The notes under the pieces are model-generated. The model made no database searches. It saw only the letters and a program-made list of their open reading frames with translations, and was not told where the DNA came from. Below are positions 37,050 through 45,566 of a stretch of DNA of 64,000 bases, in pieces; position 1 is the stretch's first letter, and each line of letters starts with the position of its first letter. This stretch comes from Polyangiaceae bacterium (GTDB taxonomy: Bacteria > Myxococcota_A > Polyangia > Polyangiales > Polyangiaceae): NCBI GenBank assembly GCA_965222375.1, contig CBDCTZ010000016.1, forward strand, positions 1,248,001 through 1,312,000. Direction: 5' to 3'. The translations under genes were made by a program, and so were the position numbers.

Positions 37050-37856
37050 ATGAAGACAATCCGATCACACAACTGGTGGGTCTCGCTTCTCGGCTTGGTG
37101 GCAATCGCGAGCGGGTGCGGTGGCAGCTCGACGAGTGATCCTGGCGGAACCCAGTGCTCCTATGGCGGCGAAACCTACGACGTAGGCGAGCGTGTGGACG
37201 ACTTCTGTAGTAGCTGCGTCTGCGACTCGCTGGGCAACATGAATTGTACGTCCACGGGGTGCTCCGTGACCTGCACTTACGACGGCCATACTTACTCACC
37301 GGGTGCCGAGTTTCCCTCGAGTGACGGATGCAATCAGTGCACCTGCGGCGTGGACGGCGCAGTCCAATGCACGGACGAAGCATGCGCCACCTGCAGTCAC
37401 GGCGGGAAGATCTACCAACCGGGTCAGAGCTTTCCTGCTGGCGATGGTTGCAACGACTGCACGTGCCAGGACGACGGGCTCACTGTCTGCACGCAGCTCG
37501 CTTGCGCGTCGACTTGTACCTACGCAGGCAAGGTTTATAAGGAGGGCGAGACCTTTCCTGCGCTAGACGGTTGCAACAAGTGCACTTGCAGCAGCGGGCT
37601 AGCGTCTTGCACTGAGATCAATTGCCCCTGTGATCCGGGTCAAGAGTGGTACCGGGACTACGTTAGCAAGAGCCCCAAGGAGTGCGCGACCATCTCCTAC
37701 GCTTGCCCGGAGAATACGACGGCCTTCAGCAATGCCTGTGGCTGCGGCTGTGAGCAGGACCCCAGCTGCCCGCAGTGGTTCGACTGCATGCCGCCAGCAG
37801 GATGCAACGTCCCACAAATCAAGAAGCAGTGTCCCTACTCCGGCATCGCGTATTAA
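37050..37856 (+). CDS. Lipoprotein with four pacifastin/VWC-like Cys modules
   Basis: SD GAGGTGG; lipobox ASGC; repeats C-x-Y/H-x-G-x2-Y...C-N-x-C-T-C-x2-3-G-x3-C-T-x3-C (first module more divergent). Confidence 0.82.
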   Translation: MKTIRSHNWWVSLLGLVAIASGCGGSSTSDPGGTQCSYGGETYDVGERVDDFCSSCVCDSLGNMNCTSTGCSVTCTYDGHTYSPGAEFPSSDGCNQCTCGVDGAVQCTDEACATCSHGGKIYQPGQSFPAGDGCNDCTCQDDGLTVCTQLACASTCTYAGKVYKEGETFPALDGCNKCTCSSGLASCTEINCPCDPGQEWYRDYVSKSPKECATISYACPENTTAFSNACGCGCEQDPSCPQWFDCMPPAGCNVPQIKKQCPYSGIAY

Positions 37857-37923
37857 AGGCTGCTTTGCGACCGCGGCCGGATGGACTTTGCGCGCGACCA
37901 AAGATCGTGATGCTCTTCGGGTC

Positions 37924-39603
37924 ATGGACACGCGAGAGGCGGACCTAGAGGACAAGATCGCGACGCTGGAATGGCTGCTGGCGGCCCGCTCGGACGCTGC
38001 AGAGATCCGCGCTGCAGGTGAAGCGCTCACCCTGTCGCTCGAGTTCCGCGCCACTGACGAGTTGATCGGGCTCGAAGCTGTCAATTCCGACACCCTCAAG
38101 AAAGCGCGCGAGATGCTGGTCGAGGCGCACACCGTTGCAGCCGAGATGGGTGACCTGGAAGCCTGCGTGGCTTTGGCGAGCGATATCTGGGAAAGCTTTG
38201 ACGAGGAGCGCGCTGAACTCGCGTACAACACCGCCAAGCGCGTCGAAGCTGATTCCCGCGCCGCTTACCTGCTTGGGGTTTTCGCCTTTCAAGGCTTCGG
38301 CCGTTCCCAGGATCACATCGCGAGCGTCGAGCACCATCGCCGTGCCGCCGAAGCTGGCCACCCTGGAGCGATGTTCGAGCTGTACGCGATGATCTCGCAG
38401 GGCTTGGGCTGCGAGGCCGATCAGGAGGAAGCGCTGCGATGGTGCGATCGCGCAGCGCGAGCTGGCAATCCGCGCGCCATGGCGAACATGGGTGGCTTCT
38501 ATGCAACCGGGCGTGGTGTGCAGCGCAATGACGCCTTGGCGCGGGATTGGTACGATCGAGCCGCGCGGGCGGGACATGGTCGCGCCGCAGCCACCTTGGG
38601 CATCATGTACGCCTCGGGCAGTGGCGCGCCGATGGTGCTGGAGAAAGCGCGTGCCTATTTCGACATGGCGGAAAGCCTGGGCTTCGATTGGCGTGCTCTG
38701 GCTAGCAACGCGGGCGTGGATCCGGAGGTGCGCGAACTGCAAGAAGACGCGATGACCTTGCGCCCGCCGCCGGTCGTGCCGCCCCCGGGACCCTCTACGG
38801 GAGCGCTGGCGCCACCGAAAGTGCCGAAGCTGGATGGGATTGATCTAGAGACGGATACCCTGGAGATCCCGGTGCCGAAAGAGCTCGAGGCGCATGCCGA
38901 GGCCGAACTCGCAAAAGCCGGCGCCTCCGGAGCCGCCAAGAAACCTGCCGCCGCCAAGAAGAAGAAGGCTGCCAAGAAGTCTGGCGCCAAAGCTGCGGAC
39001 AAACCCGCGGGCGCGGCTGCGAGCAAGAAGCCTGAAAAGAAGCCCGTGGCCAAGCCCGCCGAGAAGGGGGTGGCGTCGAAGAAGGCGAAACCCGCGAAGG
39101 CGAAGAAGTCGACCAAGGAGGCCGCAGCAAAGAAGGTGACCAAGAAGGTCGCGAAGAAGGCTGCGTCGAAGAAGGTGAAGGCGAAAGCGAAGGCGAAACC
39201 CGCGAAGGCGAAAAAGTCGACCAAGAAGGCGGCAGCAAAGAAGGTGACCAAGAAGGTCGCGAAGAAGGCTGCGTCGAAGAAGGTGACCAAGAAAGGCACT
39301 GCCAAGAAGGCGACATCGAAGAGGAAGACTAAGAGAGTCGCGAAGAAGCCTGCGTCCAAGAAGGCGGCATCCAAGAATGTGAGCAAGCGGGGCGCGAGGA
39401 AGCCCGCGACGAAGAGAACTGCAAAGAAGCCCGCAAAGCAGGCGAAAAAGACGACCAAGAAAGGCACCGCGAAGAAGGCGAGCAAAGCTAGACGCCCGAA
39501 GAAGCCGGGCGTGAGAAAGCCCGCCAAGAGAGCCGCGAAGAAAGCCGCGCCCAAGACGAGGGCGTCGAAGAAGAAAGCGTCGAGGGCTCGCCGGGGGCGC
39601 TAG
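37924..39603 (+). CDS. Sel1-repeat protein with a histone H1-like Lys/Ala-rich C-terminal tail
   Basis: AAEAGHPGAMFEL, AARAGNPRAMANMGGFYATGRGV and AARAGHGRAAATLGIMYASG; more than 200 aa of K/A-rich tail with a 108-bp internal duplication (about 39080-39290). Confidence 0.85.
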   Translation: MDTREADLEDKIATLEWLLAARSDAAEIRAAGEALTLSLEFRATDELIGLEAVNSDTLKKAREMLVEAHTVAAEMGDLEACVALASDIWESFDEERAELAYNTAKRVEADSRAAYLLGVFAFQGFGRSQDHIASVEHHRRAAEAGHPGAMFELYAMISQGLGCEADQEEALRWCDRAARAGNPRAMANMGGFYATGRGVQRNDALARDWYDRAARAGHGRAAATLGIMYASGSGAPMVLEKARAYFDMAESLGFDWRALASNAGVDPEVRELQEDAMTLRPPPVVPPPGPSTGALAPPKVPKLDGIDLETDTLEIPVPKELEAHAEAELAKAGASGAAKKPAAAKKKKAAKKSGAKAADKPAGAAASKKPEKKPVAKPAEKGVASKKAKPAKAKKSTKEAAAKKVTKKVAKKAASKKVKAKAKAKPAKAKKSTKKAAAKKVTKKVAKKAASKKVTKKGTAKKATSKRKTKRVAKKPASKKAASKNVSKRGARKPATKRTAKKPAKQAKKTTKKGTAKKASKARRPKKPGVRKPAKRAAKKAAPKTRASKKKASRARRGR

Positions 39604-39693
39604 GTCGTGGCGCCGATGGGTGCCGGTCAACCAATGACTCGTGCCCCCGACCGTCGTTGACATCGCGCACGGTTCGAGATTCAGTCCGGCCGC

Positions 39694-41625
39694 ATGCGGA
39701 CAGTACTCTTATCGGTCGCGTTGATCTCACTCACTAGTTGCGGCCCCGGTGCAGTCGGTGAAGCCGCCCGCCCGGAGGCTCCGACGGCGTCCGAGGCCCT
39801 GGAAGAGACTGCGGCAGCCTGTACAGGCGTAGGTGACTATGCCGAGCCACTGATCGTCGATTGGAGGAGCAAGGAACGCCTCGACCTCGAAGTCGCGATG
39901 AAGAACGCGGTGGCAGTCGTTGCGTATGATTGCAAGACGATCCGGGTTCTGAAGGACTGCAGTCTGGAAGGGTCCTACGAGTACGCTGGTGTGAGCCTGA
40001 AAGAAGACGTGGTCCAGCTCAAGAATGCCGATGAAGTTCGCGCGAACCTACCGCTCAGCGGCGTGACCCTGGGCGGTGAGTTGGAGCGCGACAGCTCGAT
40101 CGACATTGCGATGGTCATGGTTGGCAAGCGTGGCTCGACGGCAGGCCTCGTTTCCCGCGACCTGCTGAAGGGCAATTGTGAAGGGGCAACGCACTTGGTT
40201 CGCGGCGCGTACGTTGGCGCGTTTGCCATGGACCGTGGGAGCCGGGGCAAGGTGCGAGCGGTGGCCGAGGTATTCGGTGCCGGTGGTGAAGCCAAGAGTG
40301 AGAGTCAGAAGAAGGTCTCGAACAAGGACGGGGATATCTCCGCGTGCAAGAAGTCGAGCCCCTCTGCGGAGAAGCCACCCGAACAATGCCAGAGCGCGGT
40401 GCGTCTGGAACTAGCACCCATCGCTAGCGGGGATTCCGCGGAAGAGGCGAAGGGCCCAGCTGGCGAAACGCAAGCCGCGGCCAACACCTGCGGACCAGGG
40501 TTGGTCCGCTCGCAAGGGAAGTGCACGTCGGACAAGGGCGCGGCCTATCGCTGCAACCCGAAAGACGAAGCCGAGTGCCGCGCTCAGTGCGACAAGGGCG
40601 ACGGCTTTAGCTGCGATGCGGTGGGGGATTTGTTGAGCAAGGCAAATGACCCCAAGGCACTGGGTATGTACGACAAAGCTTGTGAGAGCGGATACGGGAT
40701 GGGCTGCATGACGGCTGCAATGGATCGCTTGCGTCAGCACGCCCAAAGCCCCAATGCCAAGTTGGTCGTAGAAGCAGAGAAGCAACTCGACAAGGGGTGC
40801 CTCGCCGGTGAAGGCTGGGTGTGCTGGAACACTGCGAGCTGGTACATGAAACCCGAATCCCTGAAGCCTCCCTTTGGACGGAACTTGGAAAAGGGCATCG
40901 AGCTGTTGGGTCGCGGTTGCTCTTTGGGCTACGCGCCGTCGTGCGCGTCCTTGGGCAAGGAATACGTCGAAGGCAAGAACACCAAGAAGAATGCGCAGCG
41001 TGGGATGGCGGTCCTGAAGCGCGCTTGCGACGGAGGCGACTGGAATAGCTGCGAGCGCATGGGCAACTACCTGCGCGACGGCAAGCAAGTCAAGAAAGAC
41101 GGGGCCGCCGCGGTCACCGCTTTCGGCCGTGCCTGCGCTTTCGGAGGTCTGCGGGCTTGTCACTCCGCAGGGCAGATGTACTTGAAGGGCAACGGTGTCG
41201 TCAAAGATGAAAAGCAGGGGCGATCGCTGCTCGAGCGTGGCTGCCCCACCAAGGGTCCGGCTGGAATCGACGCGTGCCGCGCCTTGGGTGAGATGTACGC
41301 GAAGGGCAGCAGCGGCGTGAAGAAGGACCTATCGCGAGCGGCTAGTTTCTATTCGCGTGGTGGGGACCACGCGAAGGCGGGCGCTCTCTACGAAAAAGGG
41401 GTGGACGGCAAACCCGATCTCGAAAAAGCCCTCGAGTCCTACAAGACGGGTTGCCAGCGAGGCGGGAGCGGCCAGGGGCGGCAAGCCTGCGCGAAAGCGG
41501 GCCGCATGCTCGAAAAGAAGGACAAAGCGCAGGCCAAGAAGTTCTACGCGGATCTGTGCGAGCGTTTGGGAAGTGTGGAAAAGCAGTACTGCGCGGCCCT
41601 CAAGCGGCTTGGCGGCAAGCCTTGA
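39694..41625 (+). CDS. Lipoprotein: uncharacterised N-terminal domain + many Cys-type Sel1-like (HcpA-like) repeats
   Basis: Lipobox LTSC; repeats such as KACESGYGMGC, RGCSLGYAPSC and RACDGGDWNSC; paralog of 10274-11548. Confidence 0.88.
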   Translation: MRTVLLSVALISLTSCGPGAVGEAARPEAPTASEALEETAAACTGVGDYAEPLIVDWRSKERLDLEVAMKNAVAVVAYDCKTIRVLKDCSLEGSYEYAGVSLKEDVVQLKNADEVRANLPLSGVTLGGELERDSSIDIAMVMVGKRGSTAGLVSRDLLKGNCEGATHLVRGAYVGAFAMDRGSRGKVRAVAEVFGAGGEAKSESQKKVSNKDGDISACKKSSPSAEKPPEQCQSAVRLELAPIASGDSAEEAKGPAGETQAAANTCGPGLVRSQGKCTSDKGAAYRCNPKDEAECRAQCDKGDGFSCDAVGDLLSKANDPKALGMYDKACESGYGMGCMTAAMDRLRQHAQSPNAKLVVEAEKQLDKGCLAGEGWVCWNTASWYMKPESLKPPFGRNLEKGIELLGRGCSLGYAPSCASLGKEYVEGKNTKKNAQRGMAVLKRACDGGDWNSCERMGNYLRDGKQVKKDGAAAVTAFGRACAFGGLRACHSAGQMYLKGNGVVKDEKQGRSLLERGCPTKGPAGIDACRALGEMYAKGSSGVKKDLSRAASFYSRGGDHAKAGALYEKGVDGKPDLEKALESYKTGCQRGGSGQGRQACAKAGRMLEKKDKAQAKKFYADLCERLGSVEKQYCAALKRLGGKP

Positions 41626-41697
41626 AGTGATCCCCGGCGGTTCGTTGATTTCTTCGAATCATTTCCCAACTGGCCAGCGCGATCTAACCTTTCGGTC

Positions 41698-42453
41698 GTG
41701 AAGCTCGGCCGGGTGCTGCTAATCGAAGACGACGAATGGGTCGTCGCAACCACTGGCAAAGGGCTGCGCGATGCTGGCTACGAAGTGTCGGTTGTTGGTA
41801 CCGCCATGGAGGGCTACAAGCGGGCCGTTGCCGAGAACCCTGATTGTATCGTGTGCGACGTGCTGCTCCCCGACGTGGACGGCTACTACGTCGCGCGCAA
41901 AATTCGGACGGAGCCCTCTGCCGTCGCGACGACGCCGTTCCTCTTTCTGTCGGCGAGTGACGACCCCCGGGAGCGTTTGCAAGGGTTTCACGTTGGTGGC
42001 GATGCCCAATTGAAGAAGCCCTTCCGCCTGGAAGAGCTGGTGGCACAAGTCAATGCGTTGATCGAGATGGCGCAGCGCTTGCGGGAGGGGCGAGACTCGC
42101 TGAGAAGCGCACCGCCCTCGGGGCCCGTGGCGATTCGGGGCGATATCGCTCAGATGAGTGTGGCGACGGTGCTTTCCATCCTCGAGCTGGAGCGCAAGAG
42201 CGGACGGCTGCGGTTGAAGCGCGAAGATCGCCGCGCGGAAATTGCGGTCGGGGAAGGGATGATCGTCGACGTCAACGTCGACGGAGTGTCGTGGCCCACC
42301 ATGGCCGCTCTGGGCGAGGTGTTGCACTGGCCGGACGGCAGCTTCAGATTCACTCCGCGGGAAAATCTGGAGCCCACCTCCCGCCGGGACCCCATTGGAC
42401 CGTCCTTGCTCGAAGCCATGCGCCTCCAGGACGAGGCGGCTCAAAAGCGTTGA
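41698..42453 (+). CDS. Response regulator receiver + DUF4388-like output domain
   Basis: VLLIEDD, IVCDVLLPDVDG, FLSA and KPF; GDIAQMSVATVLSILELERKSGRL...VLHWPDGSFRF. Confidence 0.92.
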   Translation: MKLGRVLLIEDDEWVVATTGKGLRDAGYEVSVVGTAMEGYKRAVAENPDCIVCDVLLPDVDGYYVARKIRTEPSAVATTPFLFLSASDDPRERLQGFHVGGDAQLKKPFRLEELVAQVNALIEMAQRLREGRDSLRSAPPSGPVAIRGDIAQMSVATVLSILELERKSGRLRLKREDRRAEIAVGEGMIVDVNVDGVSWPTMAALGEVLHWPDGSFRFTPRENLEPTSRRDPIGPSLLEAMRLQDEAAQKR

Positions 42454-42457
42454 CCCT

Positions 42458-44440
42458 TCACCACCTTCTGTAGGGAACTTTGTAGCCCGGGCGGCGATGA
42501 GTGTGGAGATCGAAGAACATCAACAGTGCCCCGAGCACTTCTTGACTCCTCGGATCGTCGCTCTTGAAAATGTTTTTCAGCTCTTTCGGGTCCTCGTTCA
42601 AGTTGTACAACTCGAGCGTGCGTCGGCGTGGGTCCTCGACGATCTTGTATCCGTCTGGAGTCACCAGCGCACGCTTTAATCGGCTTTCAGCCAAGATGGG
42701 ACGACTCAGACGGGGTGACTCGCCCTCGAGGAAAGGGACCAAGCTCTGCCCCATCATCGCTGACGGAGTCGCGAGCTGAAACAGATCTAGAACCGTTGGT
42801 CCGACATCTACCAACGATACGGCGGTCTCCACCATCCGGGGCGCTAGTCCTGGCCCGGCGATCAGCAGGGGCACACGCAGTAGTTCGTCGTAGAGGGTGG
42901 TGGCGTGGAATGTCATTCCATGTTCCCCGAACGCCTCTCCGTGGTCCGAGTACAGAATCCAGACTGCCCGCTTATCGAGCCCGCTCGCTTTCAGCGTTTC
43001 CTCGAGTCGACCGATTTCCGTGTCGACTAGTGCGAGCTCCTTCACGTACCCCAAGAACTTCGTCTTGGCTTTGCCGGCGCTGGTGTAGGGAGAGTGGGCG
43101 TCCAGACAGTGGACGTATAGGAAGAGTGGCCCGGCGCCGTGGTCGCGCAGCCGTTGGTTCAGAGGCCCCATGGCCGTGTGGGCGGAGGGGTACCCTGAGG
43201 TGCGGGCGCTCTGTTCTTCGGAGAAGCCCCGGACAATCGCGAACTCGTTGAGCAACCAACCCGCCGTATCGACGCTCACCGTGGGAATGCCCTTTGCGGA
43301 AAGCAGCTCCGGAAACCGCGGCGAAGGGTCTTCGTGGGGGAAGACCTCGGGTTTGCGCTTCTTGTACTGCGTCCAGTACAGCTGAGAGTAGTAGCGGCTA
43401 GAGAACAGCGACGCGATCGCGGGCGCGGTGGATGAACCGGCGGATCGAGCGTTTTTGAACCAAACGCCACGGTCTCGCAGGCGGAACATGTTGGGCAGCG
43501 ACTTCCGGTACTTCTCGTCCTCGAGTAGGTCCGCTCGCATGGAGTCCACACCGATCATCATGACAACGGCATCTTCCGGAATCACGCGCGCGTTTGGCTT
43601 GGTTGGGGCGACCCGGGAGCGATCCACGAACCACTCGCGCTGCTGAGCCGGAACACGAAAGGGTGTCGAAGCTTGTGGGCGAAACCGAGCCAGGAACGGC
43701 ATGAACGCTGCGGCGGGTTGATGAGCCATCTCTACGACCGTGGCGTTCGGGGGCCAGACGACGATACTCAGGGAACCGGAGATCCCGAGGATCACGAAAA
43801 CGAGTGCCCTCAGCCAGCCACGTTGGGATAGCGGTTTCGGCATTGGGGCGTCCGTGAGCACTCCCGCCAAAGCCACGGCGGCCCCGAGCAGCGTCCAGAG
43901 ATGGATACCTGGATATGCCAGCGGTAAGACCACGGCGTTGACCGCTAGTCCGACAATGGCAGCTGCCGCTGCCAAGAGCCGGAACGTCAAGCGCCTCGAG
44001 AGGCGTCCGGTGAGGTATGCGACGGGTATGAGTGCTGCGGGCACGAGCGTAACGAGGGTGGCGGCCAACCACACCGGTATTCGCCCCGACAGTCGCGCCA
44101 CCATGCCTTCGAGGTCTTCGCTCAGAACCGGAACGGCCACCGCCCAGGCCACGACCAATGAAAGGAGCGCGGGCAGGGCCCGACCCCTGAGCTTCAAAAG
44201 GCACCACAGCCAGATCAGGCCGCACAACAGCACACCCGCCGTAATCGCGTGCCCCGCAGAGAAGATCTGCACGTTTGCCCACGTGCGCCAAGTGGCCGTG
44301 CGCGGAAGTTGGTACGCCAGCAAGGCCGCGTGGACGAGTACCGCGACAGCCCACGCGGCCAGTTGTGCGGCCGCGGGCGATAGACCCCTGGGTGAAGCCG
44401 GAGCAGCTAGGTGAGCGCCGCTAACTGGAGATTCAGTCAT
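42458..44440 (-). CDS. Membrane-anchored sulfatase-like (alkaline phosphatase superfamily) hydrolase/transferase
   Basis: Multiple N-terminal TM helices; GVDSMRAD, SSTAPAIASLFSSRY, DAHSPY, SDHGE, VPLLI, VSLVDVGPT and LYNLNEDPKE. Confidence 0.88.
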   Translation of the reverse strand: MTESPVSGAHLAAPASPRGLSPAAAQLAAWAVAVLVHAALLAYQLPRTATWRTWANVQIFSAGHAITAGVLLCGLIWLWCLLKLRGRALPALLSLVVAWAVAVPVLSEDLEGMVARLSGRIPVWLAATLVTLVPAALIPVAYLTGRLSRRLTFRLLAAAAAIVGLAVNAVVLPLAYPGIHLWTLLGAAVALAGVLTDAPMPKPLSQRGWLRALVFVILGISGSLSIVVWPPNATVVEMAHQPAAAFMPFLARFRPQASTPFRVPAQQREWFVDRSRVAPTKPNARVIPEDAVVMMIGVDSMRADLLEDEKYRKSLPNMFRLRDRGVWFKNARSAGSSTAPAIASLFSSRYYSQLYWTQYKKRKPEVFPHEDPSPRFPELLSAKGIPTVSVDTAGWLLNEFAIVRGFSEEQSARTSGYPSAHTAMGPLNQRLRDHGAGPLFLYVHCLDAHSPYTSAGKAKTKFLGYVKELALVDTEIGRLEETLKASGLDKRAVWILYSDHGEAFGEHGMTFHATTLYDELLRVPLLIAGPGLAPRMVETAVSLVDVGPTVLDLFQLATPSAMMGQSLVPFLEGESPRLSRPILAESRLKRALVTPDGYKIVEDPRRRTLELYNLNEDPKELKNIFKSDDPRSQEVLGALLMFFDLHTHRRPGYKVPYRRW

Positions 44441-44459
44441 GGTCTAAGGTCATCCGCAA

Positions 44460-45476
44460 GTGCCATTTGGCTGTGCCGAGGAGCCTTGCGTTTCTCGCAC
44501 AGGGTTGCCGGAAAAGTCGAGAACTCGCGGCCTCGAGCCAGCGTGGTACCAATACGCCGCCGTGACTGGGGAGCCTTCCGATGAACCGCGTACTCGCCTC
44601 CTACTCGGGGTCCGCGTGGTCGTTGGAGCGCTCGCCGTTGGCTTCGTAGTTTGGACGTTCGCGCGCTTGGTCCGAAGCGTGGATCTTGCCACCCTGACGG
44701 TATCGTGGCCGTGGGCTGCAGCCTCCCTGCTGCCGCTGGTCGCTGGTGTGTACGTATTGGCGTATGGCTTTGCGCTACTGATCGCACGCGTGTCGCAGTC
44801 GGAGGTATCCATCCGCGCGGTCATGCACATGCAAATTGAGTCTCAGCTCGCTCGCTACACACCGGGTAAGGTTGGCGTGCCGCTCGTCCGGCTTGCGGCT
44901 GCACAGCAGCTAGGTGTTACCCGGCGGGCTATGGCCAGCGCCATGGGTATCGAGGCGCTGTGCTTCCTGGCCGTCGGCGGCGCGATGGGGCTGTCGGTGC
45001 TGATGCTGACCCGGCGTCACGCGCCCTCGACCGTTTCCATGCAGCTGGAGTGGCTCCTGCCCTTGGTTGTGGCGTTCGTCCTGGGCACCTTGGCTCTGGT
45101 GGTTCTCGATCGCCGTTTCTTCCCGACGCCGCTCATTCGCTTGCTGAAGGTGGAGGGAACCGGGCCGTTGGTCCCGCCGATGCTCTTGGCTGCACACGCC
45201 GCCTACTGGGTGACCTGGGGGTTGCATGGGTTGTGCATGAGTCATGCCGTCGGAGCAGAGTTTGGTGTCGCGTTGGCCAGTTCCGGTTTGTACCTGCTTG
45301 CGCCGATCGTGGGGTTCTTGGCCCTCGTGGCCCCTGCTGGCGCAGGCGTGCGAGAAGCGCTACTCACCGCCGGGCTCGCGCCCGCCGTTGGCGCGACGTC
45401 GGCCATTGCTGCGGCTGCGCTGTCCAGAATCGCGTCAGTGATTGCGGATTTTGGCTCGTGGTTGGCTAGCCGCTGA
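44460..45476 (+). CDS. Flippase-like membrane protein (lysylphosphatidylglycerol synthase TM/UPF0104 family)
   Basis: SQLARYTPGKV and APAGAGVRE motifs, multi-TM. True start probably downstream (GTG near 44562). Confidence 0.8.
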   Translation: MPFGCAEEPCVSRTGLPEKSRTRGLEPAWYQYAAVTGEPSDEPRTRLLLGVRVVVGALAVGFVVWTFARLVRSVDLATLTVSWPWAAASLLPLVAGVYVLAYGFALLIARVSQSEVSIRAVMHMQIESQLARYTPGKVGVPLVRLAAAQQLGVTRRAMASAMGIEALCFLAVGGAMGLSVLMLTRRHAPSTVSMQLEWLLPLVVAFVLGTLALVVLDRRFFPTPLIRLLKVEGTGPLVPPMLLAAHAAYWVTWGLHGLCMSHAVGAEFGVALASSGLYLLAPIVGFLALVAPAGAGVREALLTAGLAPAVGATSAIAAAALSRIASVIADFGSWLASR

Positions 45477-45566
45477 GTTCTGAGCGGGACCGGCTTGCGA
45501 CGAGGTTGGTCGTTCAATTCGGCAATACTGACTCGTGCGGGCCGCGCGTGGTAAACGGCGGAAACC

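Noticed and set aside
38655..39554. Hydrophobic F/L/A-rich minus-strand ORF resembling a membrane protein
   Set aside because: Antisense shadow of the Lys/Ala-rich tail (AAG/GCG codons).
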